Assembly (NCBI GenBank): GCA_964016885.1
Contig: OZ024757.1
Span: 30,008,001 to 30,072,000 of the forward strand
Length of the DNA stretch: 64,000 bases
Direction: 5' to 3'
From: Eledone cirrhosa
Lineage: Eukaryota
The notes under the pieces are model-generated. The model did not search any database, had not been told where the DNA came from, and was given only the letters and a program-made list of their open reading frames with translations. This document shows positions 28,511 through 42,417 of the stretch, one piece after another. Numbering within the stretch: the stretch's first letter is position 1; each line of letters starts with the position of its first letter. A program made the position numbers and the translations under genes.

Positions 28511-30452
28511 ACCTAACAATCACTAACTCTAACGTGTATATAATATACACAACGAATCCAGAAAAACGGATTCGATATTTTGGTTTTCTTCATAGGAAAT
28601 CTATTGTCAATGACGCCCAGAAAAAATTACAAAACTAATTAATCTAAAAACATTTGATAAGGTAAGGTCAATGTTCACTCCCATTTAATTATATAATCGA
28701 GACCTTGGTTAAGTAGTTGATTAGAATAATTAGATAATTAGACATCTAATCTACATAGGGAAACATTTTGTTTATTTTTAAGTTGTATCTCCATCTTTTG
28801 TTTTGCATTGATTTTGTTGGTTTGTAAAGATAGGGGATTCTTAACCAGGTAAATAATTTTACATTATCTTCAGGTAGTTTTTCGCTCGGTTAAATTCAAT
28901 TTAAATAATTATCTCCTCTGTTTTTTTCTACTTTGCTCATCTAAGCTTTTAGACTATATTTCGTGAAGGAAAATATTGCGCCTAGAAGCAGATAAGAAGG
29001 GAAACGGCAGCAATAAACAGTAAGCACAGCACAGCAGCAACAACGGGAGCAACAACAACAGCAACAGTAGAAGCAACAACTTGAACGACAGCTACAACAA
29101 CAACAAGGTGAACAGAAAAAGCAGTAAACAACAATACAGGAAAGATAACAACAGTAAGCACAACACAACAATAAGTACAGCAAATTTAACAATACTAAAC
29201 CCGATGCAACATAACAGCGACAACTGTCATGACAACACATAACACTACAACTACTGCTGCTGCTACTACTGCTACTACTACTACTGTTACTACTACTACT
29301 ATTTCTACAGTAAACACAACACACACACGCATATATATATACATATACTTATACATATATATATATATACATATACACATATATATATAGAAATATATAT
29401 ATATACACATATACACATATATATATAGAAACATATATATATACACATATACACATATATATATATAGAAATATATATATATATATATATACACATATAT
29501 ATATATATATACACACATATATATAAATACACACATATATATACACATATATAAACATATATATATACACATATATAGAAATATATATATATGTATATAT
29601 ATACACATATATAGAAATATATATATATATGTATATATATACACATATATAGAAATATATATATATGTATATATATACACATATATAGAAATATATATAT
29701 ATATATATATGTATATACACATATATAGAAATATATATATATATATATATATGTATATACACATATATAGAAATATATATATATATATATATATGTATAT
29801 ACACATATATAGAAATATATATATATATATATGTATATACACATATATATATACATATATACACATATATATATACATATATATACACATATATATATAT
29901 ACATATATATATACATATATATATATACATATATATATACATATATATACATATATATACATATATATATATATACACATGCATATATATATACACATAT
30001 ATATACACATACATGTACACATACATATACACATGTATATACACACACATATAAATATACACATATATATATTTCACATATATCTATACGTATATATATG
30101 TATGTATACCCTTGTCAAGATGATGGCTATGGTATGTGTGTATGCATGTGTGAGATAAAGAGATAGAGAGAAATTACAGAAACAGGTTGAAAATGTGAAA
30201 TACAAGACGAAAGAAATAAAGAAAGAAAAGAAGAAGCAAACAAACAAAATATATAAAATAGGGAATAAAAGAAAAAAAATGAAAGTAATGTTTGTTTTGT
30301 GGATTTTTTTTATTTTAAAATTGGAACCAAAAACAGTTGGAAATTTTTTCTCAAAGAATTTCCAATTGAAGTGAATTGAAATTAAATTGAATGAGTATGT
30401 GTATGTATATATATGTATGTATATGTGTGTGTGGGTATGTGTGTCGCTTTCC

Positions 30453-30579
<127 letters not shown>

Positions 30580-31117
30580 GAGACTAACTTAGGTCTTATT
30601 TAGTTACAATTGTTCCACTAGCCGTCCGTTTCAGATTTTCACTGAGACAGACTCCGGTTCTTCAGACTATAATGACGCTATTTTCTACTGCTTGTGTTTG
30701 TTCTTTTCTCCTTCAAATGTGAAAAAGAGTTCCAAAAGAGAAGAAAAGATAAAAAAATATATAGGGTGAGGTGCTTCAGATAGAGAGTGTTAAATGAAAA
30801 GCAAGTGAAGTATTTTGCTAGTTGATAAGAGAGACAGTCTAAGAAAATTAAAGATAACCAACTGTTGGAAGACCCACATATAAGAAGATAGGATTTGAGA
30901 GGAGGGCCGATGGGGAAGTAATTTTGAAGATATCAGTGGTCAGTGTTTTGTTTTTAATCTGATGTGGGTTTGTTTTAAAAGCCCTGAATACCCATTGGCC
31001 AATAATATAAATGGTTTCTTAGACGCAAGCCCAGCAATTAGGGGAGGTTAAATAGACCCTAGTACTTGGATGTACTTTATTTTATCGACCCCGGAAGGAT
31101 GAAAGGCAATTAATATT

Positions 31118-31390
31118 GAAGGCGCATGGCCTAGTGGTTAGAGCATTGGGCTTGCAATCGAAAGGTTATGAGTTCAATTCCCGGACCGGGTGATGCGTTG
31201 TTTTCTCGAGCAAGACACTTTATTTCACATTGTTCTAGTTTACTCAGCTGTAGAAATGAGATGTAGGACTGGGATCCCTATCATTAAATTACCCGAGACA
31301 CCTCCAACGAGATATACCTTGGAGGAGGCCAGCTAAACCTGCATAGGTGTGAGCTGTCACACACATAATTTATACTGAGAACTTAAGGAG
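31118..31390 (+). mobile_element. tRNA-derived SINE family B (CORE-like body)
   Basis: A-box TGGCCTAGTGGTT, B-box GAGTTCAATTCC, body GAGCAAGACACTTTATTTCACATTG...CTCAGCTGTAGAAATGAG. Related copies at 10678-10790 and 49150-49440. Confidence 0.8.
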
Positions 31391-31632
31391 CTGGGGCAAA
31401 TACCGCAAAGCTCTAACGATTCTGACAATCCACCAATCCCTAACGTTAACACACGTCCAGAGGTTTTCAGTAAAATGTCTGTTGGTTAAATGAACTTCGG
31501 AGCAATGAAATATAAATTCCAACTCCTCAGAATTCGAAATCAGAACTTAAAGTTACATTATTAAATACCGTATTTCGAAATGTTGACCTCTCTGCAGAAT
31601 CTGCCAATGAGTTCACCTTATAAACAACTTAA

Positions 31633-31656
31633 TGATGATGGTGATGATACTGCTAC

Positions 31657-31687
<31 letters not shown>

Positions 31688-32500
31688 AGTGATGGTAGTG
31701 GTGAAGGTTGATGATAAAGGTGGTGGCGATGGTAGTGGTAGTAGTGGTGATGATAATGGTGGGGGGCGATAGTGGTGGTAGCAGTGGTGAGGATAATGGT
31801 GGTGGCCATGGTAGTGGTAGTGATGGTGATACTGGTGCTAATGCTGGTATTGGTAATGATGATTGTCGTCGTGGTAGTGGTGTTGATGGTTGTGATGGTG
31901 GTGGTGTTGATGGTGTTGGCGGTGTTGATGGTTGTGATGGTGGTGGTGTTGATGGTGGTGGTGGTGGTGTTGATGGTTGTGATGGTGGTGGTATTGATGG
32001 TGATGGTGGTGGTGGTGTTGATGGTTATGATGGTGGTGGTGGTGGTGATGGTGGTGGTGTTGATGCTGGTGGTGGTGGTGGTGTTGATGGTGGTGGTGGT
32101 GTTCATGGTGGTGATTGTGGTGTTCATGGTGGTATCAGTAATCATGATTGTCAAGATAATCATGATAATGGTAAGGATGATAGTGATGGTAGTGGTGAGG
32201 GTTGATAATAATGCTGGTCGTGGCGGTGGCAGTGGTGGTCGTCGTGGTAGTGGTGGTGGCGATGATAGTTGTGATGGTGGCGGCGATGGTATTGGTAATT
32301 ATGATTATAAAGATATTCATGATGATGGTGAGGATGGTAGTGATGGTAAAGGGGAGGGTTGGTGGTGGTGGTGGTGGTGGTGATACTGGTGTTAATGCTG
32401 GTGTTGGTAATGATGAGTGTAAAGATAATCATGCTGATGGTGAGAATGATAGCAAGGATGATAAAGGTAATGATGATGACGATGATGATGATGATGATAT
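31633..32500. repeat. Cryptic GGT/GAT trinucleotide repeat region
   Basis: Direct inspection. Similar tracts at 853-1165 (CAA), 62380-63260 (GAT) and 63470-64000 (CAC). Confidence 0.92.
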
Positions 32501-32971
32501 TCAAATGCAGAGTCGTAGCTTTTTTTTATATAGTTTTATTTTAAATTTCAAAATCATAAACTTTTTTACTGTGTTTTTTCGTTTGTTGTTTTTCGTTTAT
32601 TTGTTTGTTTCCGGGGCAGGGGGGTTATGTTTTTTTTTTGTTAGAAGAGGTTAGTTTAATTCTTCCTAATTATTATTAAAAAGAATATCAATAACTCACA
32701 GCTATAAAATATCGAATTCCCTATTTCTAATCTATCGGTTTTAGCAAGGCCATATTTTAACAAGATGCATCGACTATGGCTCGAAAACAATATCAATTAA
32801 CCCGTCTCTGAAGCAATTATGTAGCTTTAGGATTGCATTTAATTAAAATTATACAAGCTCCAAAAAAAATGGATGGATAACGTCGTTGATTTAGTTTTGG
32901 ATTGGGGTTTGCATTTGGGTTAGTAGCTCTTATTTTGTACTGTGCTTTATGTTTTGCATTTCGTAATGTTG

Positions 32972-33003
<32 letters not shown>

Positions 33004-33834
33004 GTTATTGTTATTGCTGTTGTTGTTGTTGTTCTTATCATTATTACATTTCAATTAATATTTGTGGTGGGGGTATTATCTTTTTTTTTCTATTTCTTTC
33101 TTATCTGGTGTTTGTCTTTCTTTTCGTTTGTTTAGTAGGGATTGTTGTTGTATGTTGATTGTTTGTTTGTTGTTGTTTTTATCCCGTATTTCTCCGAGTC
33201 TTCTTAAATTTCTTGGAAATAAATGTATCTCATATTTTAATTAAATGATATATAATCGTCTTTCGTTTTTGTTGTTTTTGGGGTGTGGTGATAGGGTAGG
33301 GTTTGGTTGGTGGAGGGCGTCTATTTCGTTATTCGTAAATGATTGGTCTCGGGAGGAAACCTGAGAATCTCGTACTACCACTCATTATGCTTTAGTGCAT
33401 GAATCTGTAAACCGAATATTATGCAAAACACTGTCTGACAATCGAATCCTGGTCGCAGCAGACTAAGATAATATCACAAAAACCCTTAGAATATTAATCA
33501 TTGTCAGAGTTCAACTGAAATAAAGGGTTTTACTGAAAGCACAAGGGTAGTGAATTGGTAGAGCGTCGGACAAAATGTCATTTACGTATATTATTCGGGC
33601 TAAGTACATTCTGAGTTCAAATCCCGCTGATGACGTCGAAGTGGATTGTCCTGTCCTTGTTACCAATTGTATGTCGTCTAAATACCTATCTTGTACCCTA
33701 TTTGCTCGTTCCCGTACTTCTGTCTATTTTTCACTGTATTTGTTGCCTATTTTGCATTTATATATGATTCTGAACTCACTTCTTTGTGTGTTTAATTCTA
33801 TATATTATATTATATATATATATATGGATGTATG

Positions 33835-33905
<71 letters not shown>

Positions 33906-33992
33906 GAATTTGTTGTTTACTTCGAATTCTATATATGTGTATGTGTGTGTGTGTGTAAGAGGTAAACATAAATAACATATATATACATATAT

Positions 33993-34048
<56 letters not shown>

Positions 34049-34104
34049 ATATATACATATACATATATATATATATACATATACATATATATACATACAT
34101 ATAC

Positions 34105-34135
<31 letters not shown>

Positions 34136-34316
34136 CATATACATATATATACATACTTATACATATATATATATATACATATACATATACATACATATAC
34201 ATATATACATACATACATATACATATATATACATATATATACATACATATACATATATATATATACATATACGCTAGCTTGGCCGTATACTAAAGCTTCG
34301 TCAATGCTGTACTAAA

Positions 34317-34360
<44 letters not shown>

Positions 34361-34796
34361 GGTGTTCGCTCTAACATAGCTGTAATATAAGTAGGAGTAT
34401 TTTGTATATCTAGCATATACAAAATATTCATATATATATATATATTGGCGTTCAGTCTTGAAAATTACATAGTTCACTACTTGTAGTTGGGTCTGCTAAA
34501 CAGAGGGTTTATTTGTGTGTGTTTTAAATGTCTTTCGTGGTTCTCTTGAAATGCAAGATGTGAAACTCCAATAGTCGTATATTTCTCTATGTATTGAGCA
34601 GTGACTTTTCTTGGAGTCATAGAAGTGCCGTAGTAATATACAGCGTCACTGGAGCACTACACGTGACCAGCTGGCATATCATCAACCAAAACAAGTACAA
34701 CTCCATAATCTTTAAATAATAATAATATCATATTATTTAAATATCACACTGGTTTTTTCATTAAAAAATGTTATTGAATTTCATAATTAAACTTGA

Positions 34797-34831
<35 letters not shown>

Positions 34832-35058
34832 TACATATACACATATATACATATACAAATATATACATACATATATACTATACACATATATACTATACAC
34901 ATATATACATACATACATATATATATATATACACACACACATATACATATATATATATACACACACATACATACACACACACACATATACATATATATAC
35001 ACACACACATATATATACACACACATATATATACATATATACACATACACATATATAT

Positions 35059-35107
<49 letters not shown>

Positions 35108-35183
35108 TATATATATATACACACACATATATATACACATACATATATATATACATATATACACACACACACATACTCACATA

Positions 35184-35245
<62 letters not shown>

Positions 35246-35411
35246 ATAATAAAAATTTGAAGACTAAAATCCAAAGAGGGCTCGATAAGGATAAATATAT
35301 AAGAACCGAAGAGCAAATATTTTCCACGAACCAAAGTATCGTCTTCTTGTCTTCCTCCGGTTGCAACGTTTTTTAAAATATTCACTTCTGCGTTCACAGA
35401 TTGACTCTGTT

Positions 35412-35462
35412 AGTTTCAGAAGATCCCGTTAAGGGTGAAAGCAGCGATTCTTTGCTTAAACT
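35412..35462 (+). ncRNA. Variant type I hammerhead (core CAGAAGA, U4A)
   Basis: Stem I AGTTT/AAACT; CAGAAGA 35417-23; stem II CCC/GGG with T-T closure; GAAA 35437-40; stem III AGCAG/TTGCT with 7-nt loop; CUU triplet. A near-identical 5'-truncated copy lies at 12724-12790. Confidence 0.55.
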
Positions 35463-35788
35463 TTAATCTGTTATTTTAATAAATATATATATATATATAT
35501 ATAGAAAGGGGGTGATTTTTGGGGCGTTTTCTAAATATGTTTTCTGTATTTATATTCTTTCGGTTAGAATTATTTTAACCCTTCCAATTTAATCGTTAAG
35601 TGCGTCAAATGGCGGAGGTCACCTCCCTCTTAGAAAATGACTTAAAATAATACAAAAATATTTAACGAAACGTATTCAGGTTTCTTAATTATTAATTAGT
35701 CAATTAATTAATTCGTTATTAATTTCAGTGTTATTGTCTTTTGCTTCTTGTTTGTTGAGTGTCTGTGTGTGTGTGTGAGTGAATGTGG

Positions 35789-35869
<81 letters not shown>

Positions 35870-35913
35870 TGTGGTTGTGTGTGTGTGTGTTTGTGTATGT
35901 GAGTGAATGTGGT

Positions 35914-35958
<45 letters not shown>

Positions 35959-36431
35959 GTGAGTGTGGTTGAGTGTCTGTGCGTGTGTGACAGTGAATGT
36001 GCTTGTGTGTGTGTGTGTGAGTAAGCGAGTGGGTGAATGTGGTTGTCTGTGTGTGTGTGAAAGTAACTTAGTGAGTGTTTATGCGTGTTTGTGTGTGTGT
36101 GTGATTGAGTGTTTAATATGTGTAAGTGAGTGATTAAGTGAGTGTTTGTGTGTGCGTACGCACGTGCATTAGTCATGTGATTGTTTGATAATTAGCTTTG
36201 AGTAATTTATTTACTGAAATGCTACAGGCCAGAACGAGACGGCAGATAGAGAGAGGGGGGAGGGGAGACAGTTAGAGGGAGGGAGAGAGAGGAGACAGAT
36301 GGAGGGGGGGATAGAAGAAACAGATAGAGGGGGAGAGAAAAGGGAGAGAGGAAATAGAGGGAGAAAAGAACAAATTTCAGGAATATATAAAAGCTACTAA
36401 TGGAGAAACAAAGAGAATGGACAGTCATAAA

Positions 36432-36476
<45 letters not shown>

Positions 36477-36579
36477 CTGTGTGTGTGTGTGTGTATGTGT
36501 GTGTGTGTGTGAGTATTTGTGTACATATATGTACATATATATATATATATATATATATGTCTAAAGTCTGTTTTAAGTC

Positions 36580-36822
36580 AGAAGGCTCATTTGGACGGTG
36601 CTTATCCCGGCTTTATGGCGTGAAGCGACTTAGAGTACAAGACTCCAGTCCATTGCAGGATTAAACCCCCAGCTATTGCTGGTGCTCATTTACATCTGAG
36701 TATACTGGAGCAACGTGAAATGAAGTGTTTTTCTCAAGAACAACACGCAACCCATCCAGGAATTGAACCCACGACATTATGATCTTAAGTCCAATACACT
36801 TACCACTAGGCCACGCGCCTCC
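36580..36822 (-). mobile_element. SINE family B variant with V-domain-like 3' part (related copy 46300-46495 +)
   Basis: tRNA-like head, CORE-like body, then CCTGC.ATGGACTGG...TCGCTTCACGCCAT...CCGGGATAAGC. Confidence 0.7.
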
Positions 36823-37239
36823 ACATAGCAGTAAAATACTGGAGTTAATTTAATTAACTTTTCAGCTTTCTTCGTCCCCCACATAATTACTGGTCTTGTG
36901 CCTCAATAAAAAAAAAATCTATATTTTTGTGATATTTCGTTTTACTGTGAAATTATAATTTCTTGAGTTCTCTGGTTTATTTTTTTTTTTTTTTCAAGAA
37001 TTTTCTTTTTGTTATTTCCTTCTCCTGTTCGTTATTTATTTATTTATTTCACGAATCCCTGTTGTTTTTTTAGCAATTATTGTACTGTTTGTGTTAGAAT
37101 GGGAATATCATTAAAGGTTTTCGAAACCAAACAAAAAACTTTATTTGAAAAACACATTTATTAACCAAAACAACAAATTTTGAAACCAAAGAAATCTTAT
37201 CAGAATTTCTGAAATACAGAATTATAATTTTACGTTTAT

Positions 37240-37490
37240 ATATTTGTTTCGCAGGATTCTTGGTGTGAAATCGTGTGTTGAAATCGATATTGTTGAATTT
37301 TTATGGCTGGTCATATTTTGCCTCCTCTTATTTCTCAAAAAAGAAGAGGCACAAAAGAGAACAGATATTCATTGAAGAGGTCTCTGAATGTGTAACGAAA
37401 GAACTTTGATGAACTAACGAATAACTAGTTATAAAGATAAAGTGAAAAAGTGAAAACCATATGGTACATGTATTTCTTTATATTGGCAAT
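37240..37490. mobile_element. Rearranged PLE remnant: inverted ORF start (37240-37315, minus) next to plus-strand pseudo-LTR with decayed hammerhead (TTGAAGA...GAAAGAACTT)
   Basis: Minus strand ATGACCAGCC...AACAATATCGATTTCAACACACGATTTCA...AAGAATCCTGCGAAACAAAT resembles 6074-6143. Plus strand 37368-37410 resembles 5889-5933. Confidence 0.7.
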
Positions 37491-37519
37491 ACTGGCAACA
37501 TGGCTCTCCCCAAATATAA

Positions 37520-38025
37520 ACCGGCAACCCCATCAAGTTTGCTTGGTGAGGAGAGTGATTTTCGACACCCTGCAGGACAAAAAACAAAACCTGACAAAGG
37601 GCGGAAAAATTCATGAGTCAACGGCCATCCAAAAATGTGTAAATATGTATATACATATGTACATATGTATGCATATGTATATATGTGTGTATATATGTAT
37701 ATATGTGTGCATATGTGTGTATATATGTATATATGTGTGCATATGTGTGTATATGCGCGGGGACATAGAAACAATCGGGCTGGATACCCGATTGCGCGGT
37801 TAAACCACTGGGAGTGAAGGAACCCTAACCTTTGTCAGGGCATTCTTCTAGGAGAAGGCAACTCAGGAAACTGGGATAACTCCGACATAAAACTTGCGGC
37901 TCAGTAGTTACTGATGATGTTTATCTTTTCTTCTTTTCGGGTTATGGCTACTGTCGCTCAGAGAGTGAGATTGGCTCAGTGCACAGTGTTTGCTCACTTT
38001 AAAAATCTTCACGCACAGGCATTGT
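37520..38025 (+). mobile_element. Older diverged relative of the RTE-derived retroposon, interrupted by a TATG-type microsatellite
   Basis: GGCAACCCC...TTGGTGAGGAG...CCTGCAGGAC.AAAAACAAAACCTG.CAAAGGGC...CCTTTGTCA.GGCA...TGCTCACT..AAAA.CTTCAC.GCACAGGCATTG is shared with the family. Confidence 0.7.
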
Positions 38026-38257
38026 ATGTAAATATGTATGTGTGTATATGTGTATGTATGTAAATATGTATGCGTGTAATGTTTGTATGTATAAAAATAT
38101 GTATATTTGTATGTATCTAAATATATATGTGAATGCGAGTGTGTATAAATATGTATGTATAAATGCGTGCGTAAGTATGTATCTATGTTTCTATGTATGT
38201 GTGAGTGTGTATGTATGTATATGTGAGTGTGTATCAGAATGTTTGCGTATATATATA

Positions 38258-38312
<55 letters not shown>

Positions 38313-38363
38313 TTATGTATGGTTCAATGTAGATTTATATATATATATACATACAGATACATA

Positions 38364-38418
<55 letters not shown>

Positions 38419-39166
38419 CATATATATAACATATATATATATATGTATATATCATATATATATATATTTGTATATGTGTATATATATATATATCATATAT
38501 ATAACATATATATATATATGTATATATCATATATATATATTTGTATATATATATATCATATATAACATATATATATATGTATATATCATATATATCATAT
38601 ATATATATAACATATATATATATGTATATATCATATATATCATATATATATATAACATATATATATATGTATATATCATATATATAACATATATATATAA
38701 CATATATATATATGTATATATCATATATATAACATATATATATATAACATATATATATATGTATATATCATATATATAACATATATATATATAACATATA
38801 TATATATGTATATATCATATATATAACATATATATATAACATATATATATATGTATATATCATATATATAACATATATATATATAACATATATATATATG
38901 TATATATCATATATATAACATATATATATATGTATATATCATATATATGTATATATCATATATATAACATATATATATATGTATATATCATATATATGTA
39001 TATATCATATATATATATATATATATAACATATATATATGTATATATCATATATATATATATATCATATATATATATATATATAACATATATATATATAT
39101 AACATATATATATATGTATATATCATATATATATATATATATATCATATATATATATATATATATC

Positions 39167-39232
<66 letters not shown>

Positions 39233-39233
39233 C

Positions 39234-39265
<32 letters not shown>

Positions 39266-39741
39266 CATATATATATATATATATATATGTATATATCATA
39301 TATATATATAACATATATATATATATCATATATATATATAACATATATATATATATGTATATATCATATATATATATAACATATATATATATGTATATAT
39401 CATATATATATATAACATATATATATATGTATATATCATATATATATATATATGTATATATCATATATATATATATATATGAATATATCATATATATATA
39501 TATATCATATATATATATATATATATGTATATATCATATATATATATATATATCATATATATATATATATATGTATATATCATATATATATATATATATC
39601 ATATATATATATATATATGTATATATCATATATATATATATATATATATCATATATATATATAATATATATATGTATATATATATATATAATATATATAT
39701 GTATATATATATATATCATATATATATATATATATATATAT

Positions 39742-39778
<37 letters not shown>

Positions 39779-39816
39779 TATATATATATATAATATATAT
39801 ATGTATATATATATAT

Positions 39817-39859
<43 letters not shown>

Positions 39860-40102
39860 TATATATGTATATATATCATATATATATATCATATATACAT
39901 CATATATATATACATATATACATATATATATATCATATATATATATCATATATATATATATCATATATATATATATATATATCATATATATATATTATAT
40001 ATATATATCATATATATATATATCATATATATATATTATATATATATATCATATATATATATATCATATATATATATAGATATATATATATCATATATAT
40101 AT

Positions 40103-40138
<36 letters not shown>

Positions 40139-40678
40139 TATATAGATATATATATATATATAAATAATATATACTTATGTAAAAACACTTTTGTGTATAT
40201 AATTAATTTGATTGAAATATATATGTACTGAAAATGGATTAAATAACTGAATATGCCTATCAAATAACCCTACCCCTCATGTGTGTGTATATATATTTAT
40301 ATATGTATGTATATATATATATATATATATTTAATACAATAACAGAGATAGTTTAAAGCTAAACTCTGACTGGTAACCATCTCACTCAACAAACATTAGG
40401 TTATATTAAAATATAAACCCAATTTAAGTGTTTGGGGTGCTAACAATATGTATAATGTGGAAAAACCAGTTGTATTATTTTATGAGATATAATTAAAGTT
40501 AAAGTATATCTCTCTTTCCAAACAATTGTTTCATTATAAGTTTTCTACAAGTTTGGGAGAATGATTCCAGTTTATGTAGAAGCCTAATATATATTCATGT
40601 AAGAATATATTTAGGTGGGCACTTATAAATCATCAGTGGAAGCCCATTAAACATTGAAATTAGAAAACAATTTCTTAC

Positions 40679-40757
40679 CGCTGTCAAAAATCATGTCCGT
40701 AAAGTTGCTCTCTCTCACCTCGAATGACCGCCAAATTTGAGATTCCAGCAGTTTTTG
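40679..40757 (-). other. Candidate host exon
   Basis: Minus strand CTTCCTCAG|TCAAAAACTG...GACAGCG|GTAAGA; one open frame QKLLESQIWRSFEVRESNFTDMIFDS; adjacent CpG-enriched unique DNA. Confidence 0.3.
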
Positions 40758-41611
40758 ACTGAGGAAGTATCATAGCGACACGAAGCGGAAAGGGGAGACA
40801 ATCCACGATCCACGAAATGAGGAAAAAAAATAATATATATATACAGGAAAAGAGTCAGGACCCGACGCCACAGTTCCGGGCGTTTCGACATACATACATA
40901 TATACATATATACATGCATACATATATACATATATACATCATACATACATACATATATACATACATTCATACATATATACATACATATTTATACAGTTCC
41001 GGTATAATATGTTAATTAGAATATAATGAGCTACGGAAAATAACTTAAGTGGGCATGTGCCATGAATTTAGATTATGTAAATTACCATATATTGAAAAAA
41101 ATATGAATACATAATGAGTGTGTAGGTTCATAAGGAGTGTTTTTATATGTAGTTTCACTTTATCGCGCTGTATCTCGTCATGGTGTTTGTATGATTGAGT
41201 GTGTGAGAGAGAGAATGAGTCTCGTAGTGTGTGTATGTGTGTGCGTGTGAATGTGTGTGTCTGTGTATTTGTATGTGTGCTTACAGAAAAGGGGTTGAGA
41301 GAAATAGAGATAAATATACATGATACGAATTTCCGGATATCTACGAACACAGTTATATATATATAATATATAGATATAAATATATATACATATATATAAA
41401 TAAATACTTATATATACATATATATAAATAAATAAATATATATATTTATGTTTGTGTTGGTGTCTCTATTTGCTTTATATATACACACTTATTTATATAT
41501 ATATATATGTGTGTGTGTATCTGTGTGTGTATATATATGTGTGTGTATATATATATATGTGTGTGTGTATATATATATGTGTGTGTGTATATATATATAT
41601 ATATGTGTGTG

Positions 41612-41642
<31 letters not shown>

Positions 41643-42210
41643 ACGCGTATGTGTGCATTCTTGAATTTGAATATACATAAATAGGTATATGTGATGGATA
41701 TCTTTTGAGAGTATTGATAAACGTAAGTATATATATATATGTATACCTGTGTATGTGTGTGTATGTTTGTGAATATTGACATTGGTGGTGGTGGTGGTGG
41801 AGGTAGAGATACTGCTGATGGTGATAGTAATGGTTGCAATAGATGTAGTGATGATGGTGCTAATAAACTGTGAACATACTGTAATTACGAAAACCGATAT
41901 TAAAACTTTGAAATCGATGTAAACAAACTCCACCATCAATATTTAATCACACTCTCTAATTAACAGAAAAGTCATTTCTGTCTACTGACACTGAAGAGTA
42001 TCTATTTTTTTATTATTTCCTATTTTTTGTTTTTTGTTTCATTTTGTTTGTTTGTTAGTTTTTGCCTTATCTTATCTATCTTCACCTTATTTACATGTAT
42101 GAACGCCACAACTTAATCTGTCGTTCAGTTTAATGTCACCATCGCCACCCGAGTTTTGACTCCTTTATGACTTTGGCAATGTTCGCTCTATAACAAGCCT
42201 TGGAACCAGG

Positions 42211-42417
42211 CAGTGCCGGATTTATCATTGTGCTTAGGTGTGCTTAGCACAGGACCCCGTTGGCTAGCGGGGTGTCAATCTTCCTGCCAAAAAAATATTT
42301 ACCTCCTTCAGGGGCCCAAGTAACTTAACTAGTACAGGTAACTTAACTAGCATTTAATTAGTAACTTAACTAGCACTTAACTAGCACAGGGCCTCATTTG
42401 TCCTAAATCCGGCAAAT
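42211..42417. mobile_element. hAT-like MITE
   Basis: TIR CAGTGCCGGATTTA / TAAATCCGGCA (right end eroded); internal ACTTAACTAGCA repeats. Confidence 0.6.

Noticed and set aside
28290-28530. Interstitial telomere (TAACCC)
   Set aside because: Only isolated hexamers inside a 34-bp minisatellite; no tandem TTAGGG array.
30615-30672. Minus-strand CTGAAGA...GAAAC hammerhead-like motif
   Set aside because: No UH cleavage site in register and weak stems; at best a decayed copy.
31118-31190. tRNA gene-like sequence
   Set aside because: It has A/B boxes but no proper acceptor stem, and continues into a repeated SINE body; it is a SINE head.
31618-32654. Mucin-like or Gly-rich protein ORFs
   Set aside because: Cryptic trinucleotide repeat open in several frames on both strands; no splice or domain support.
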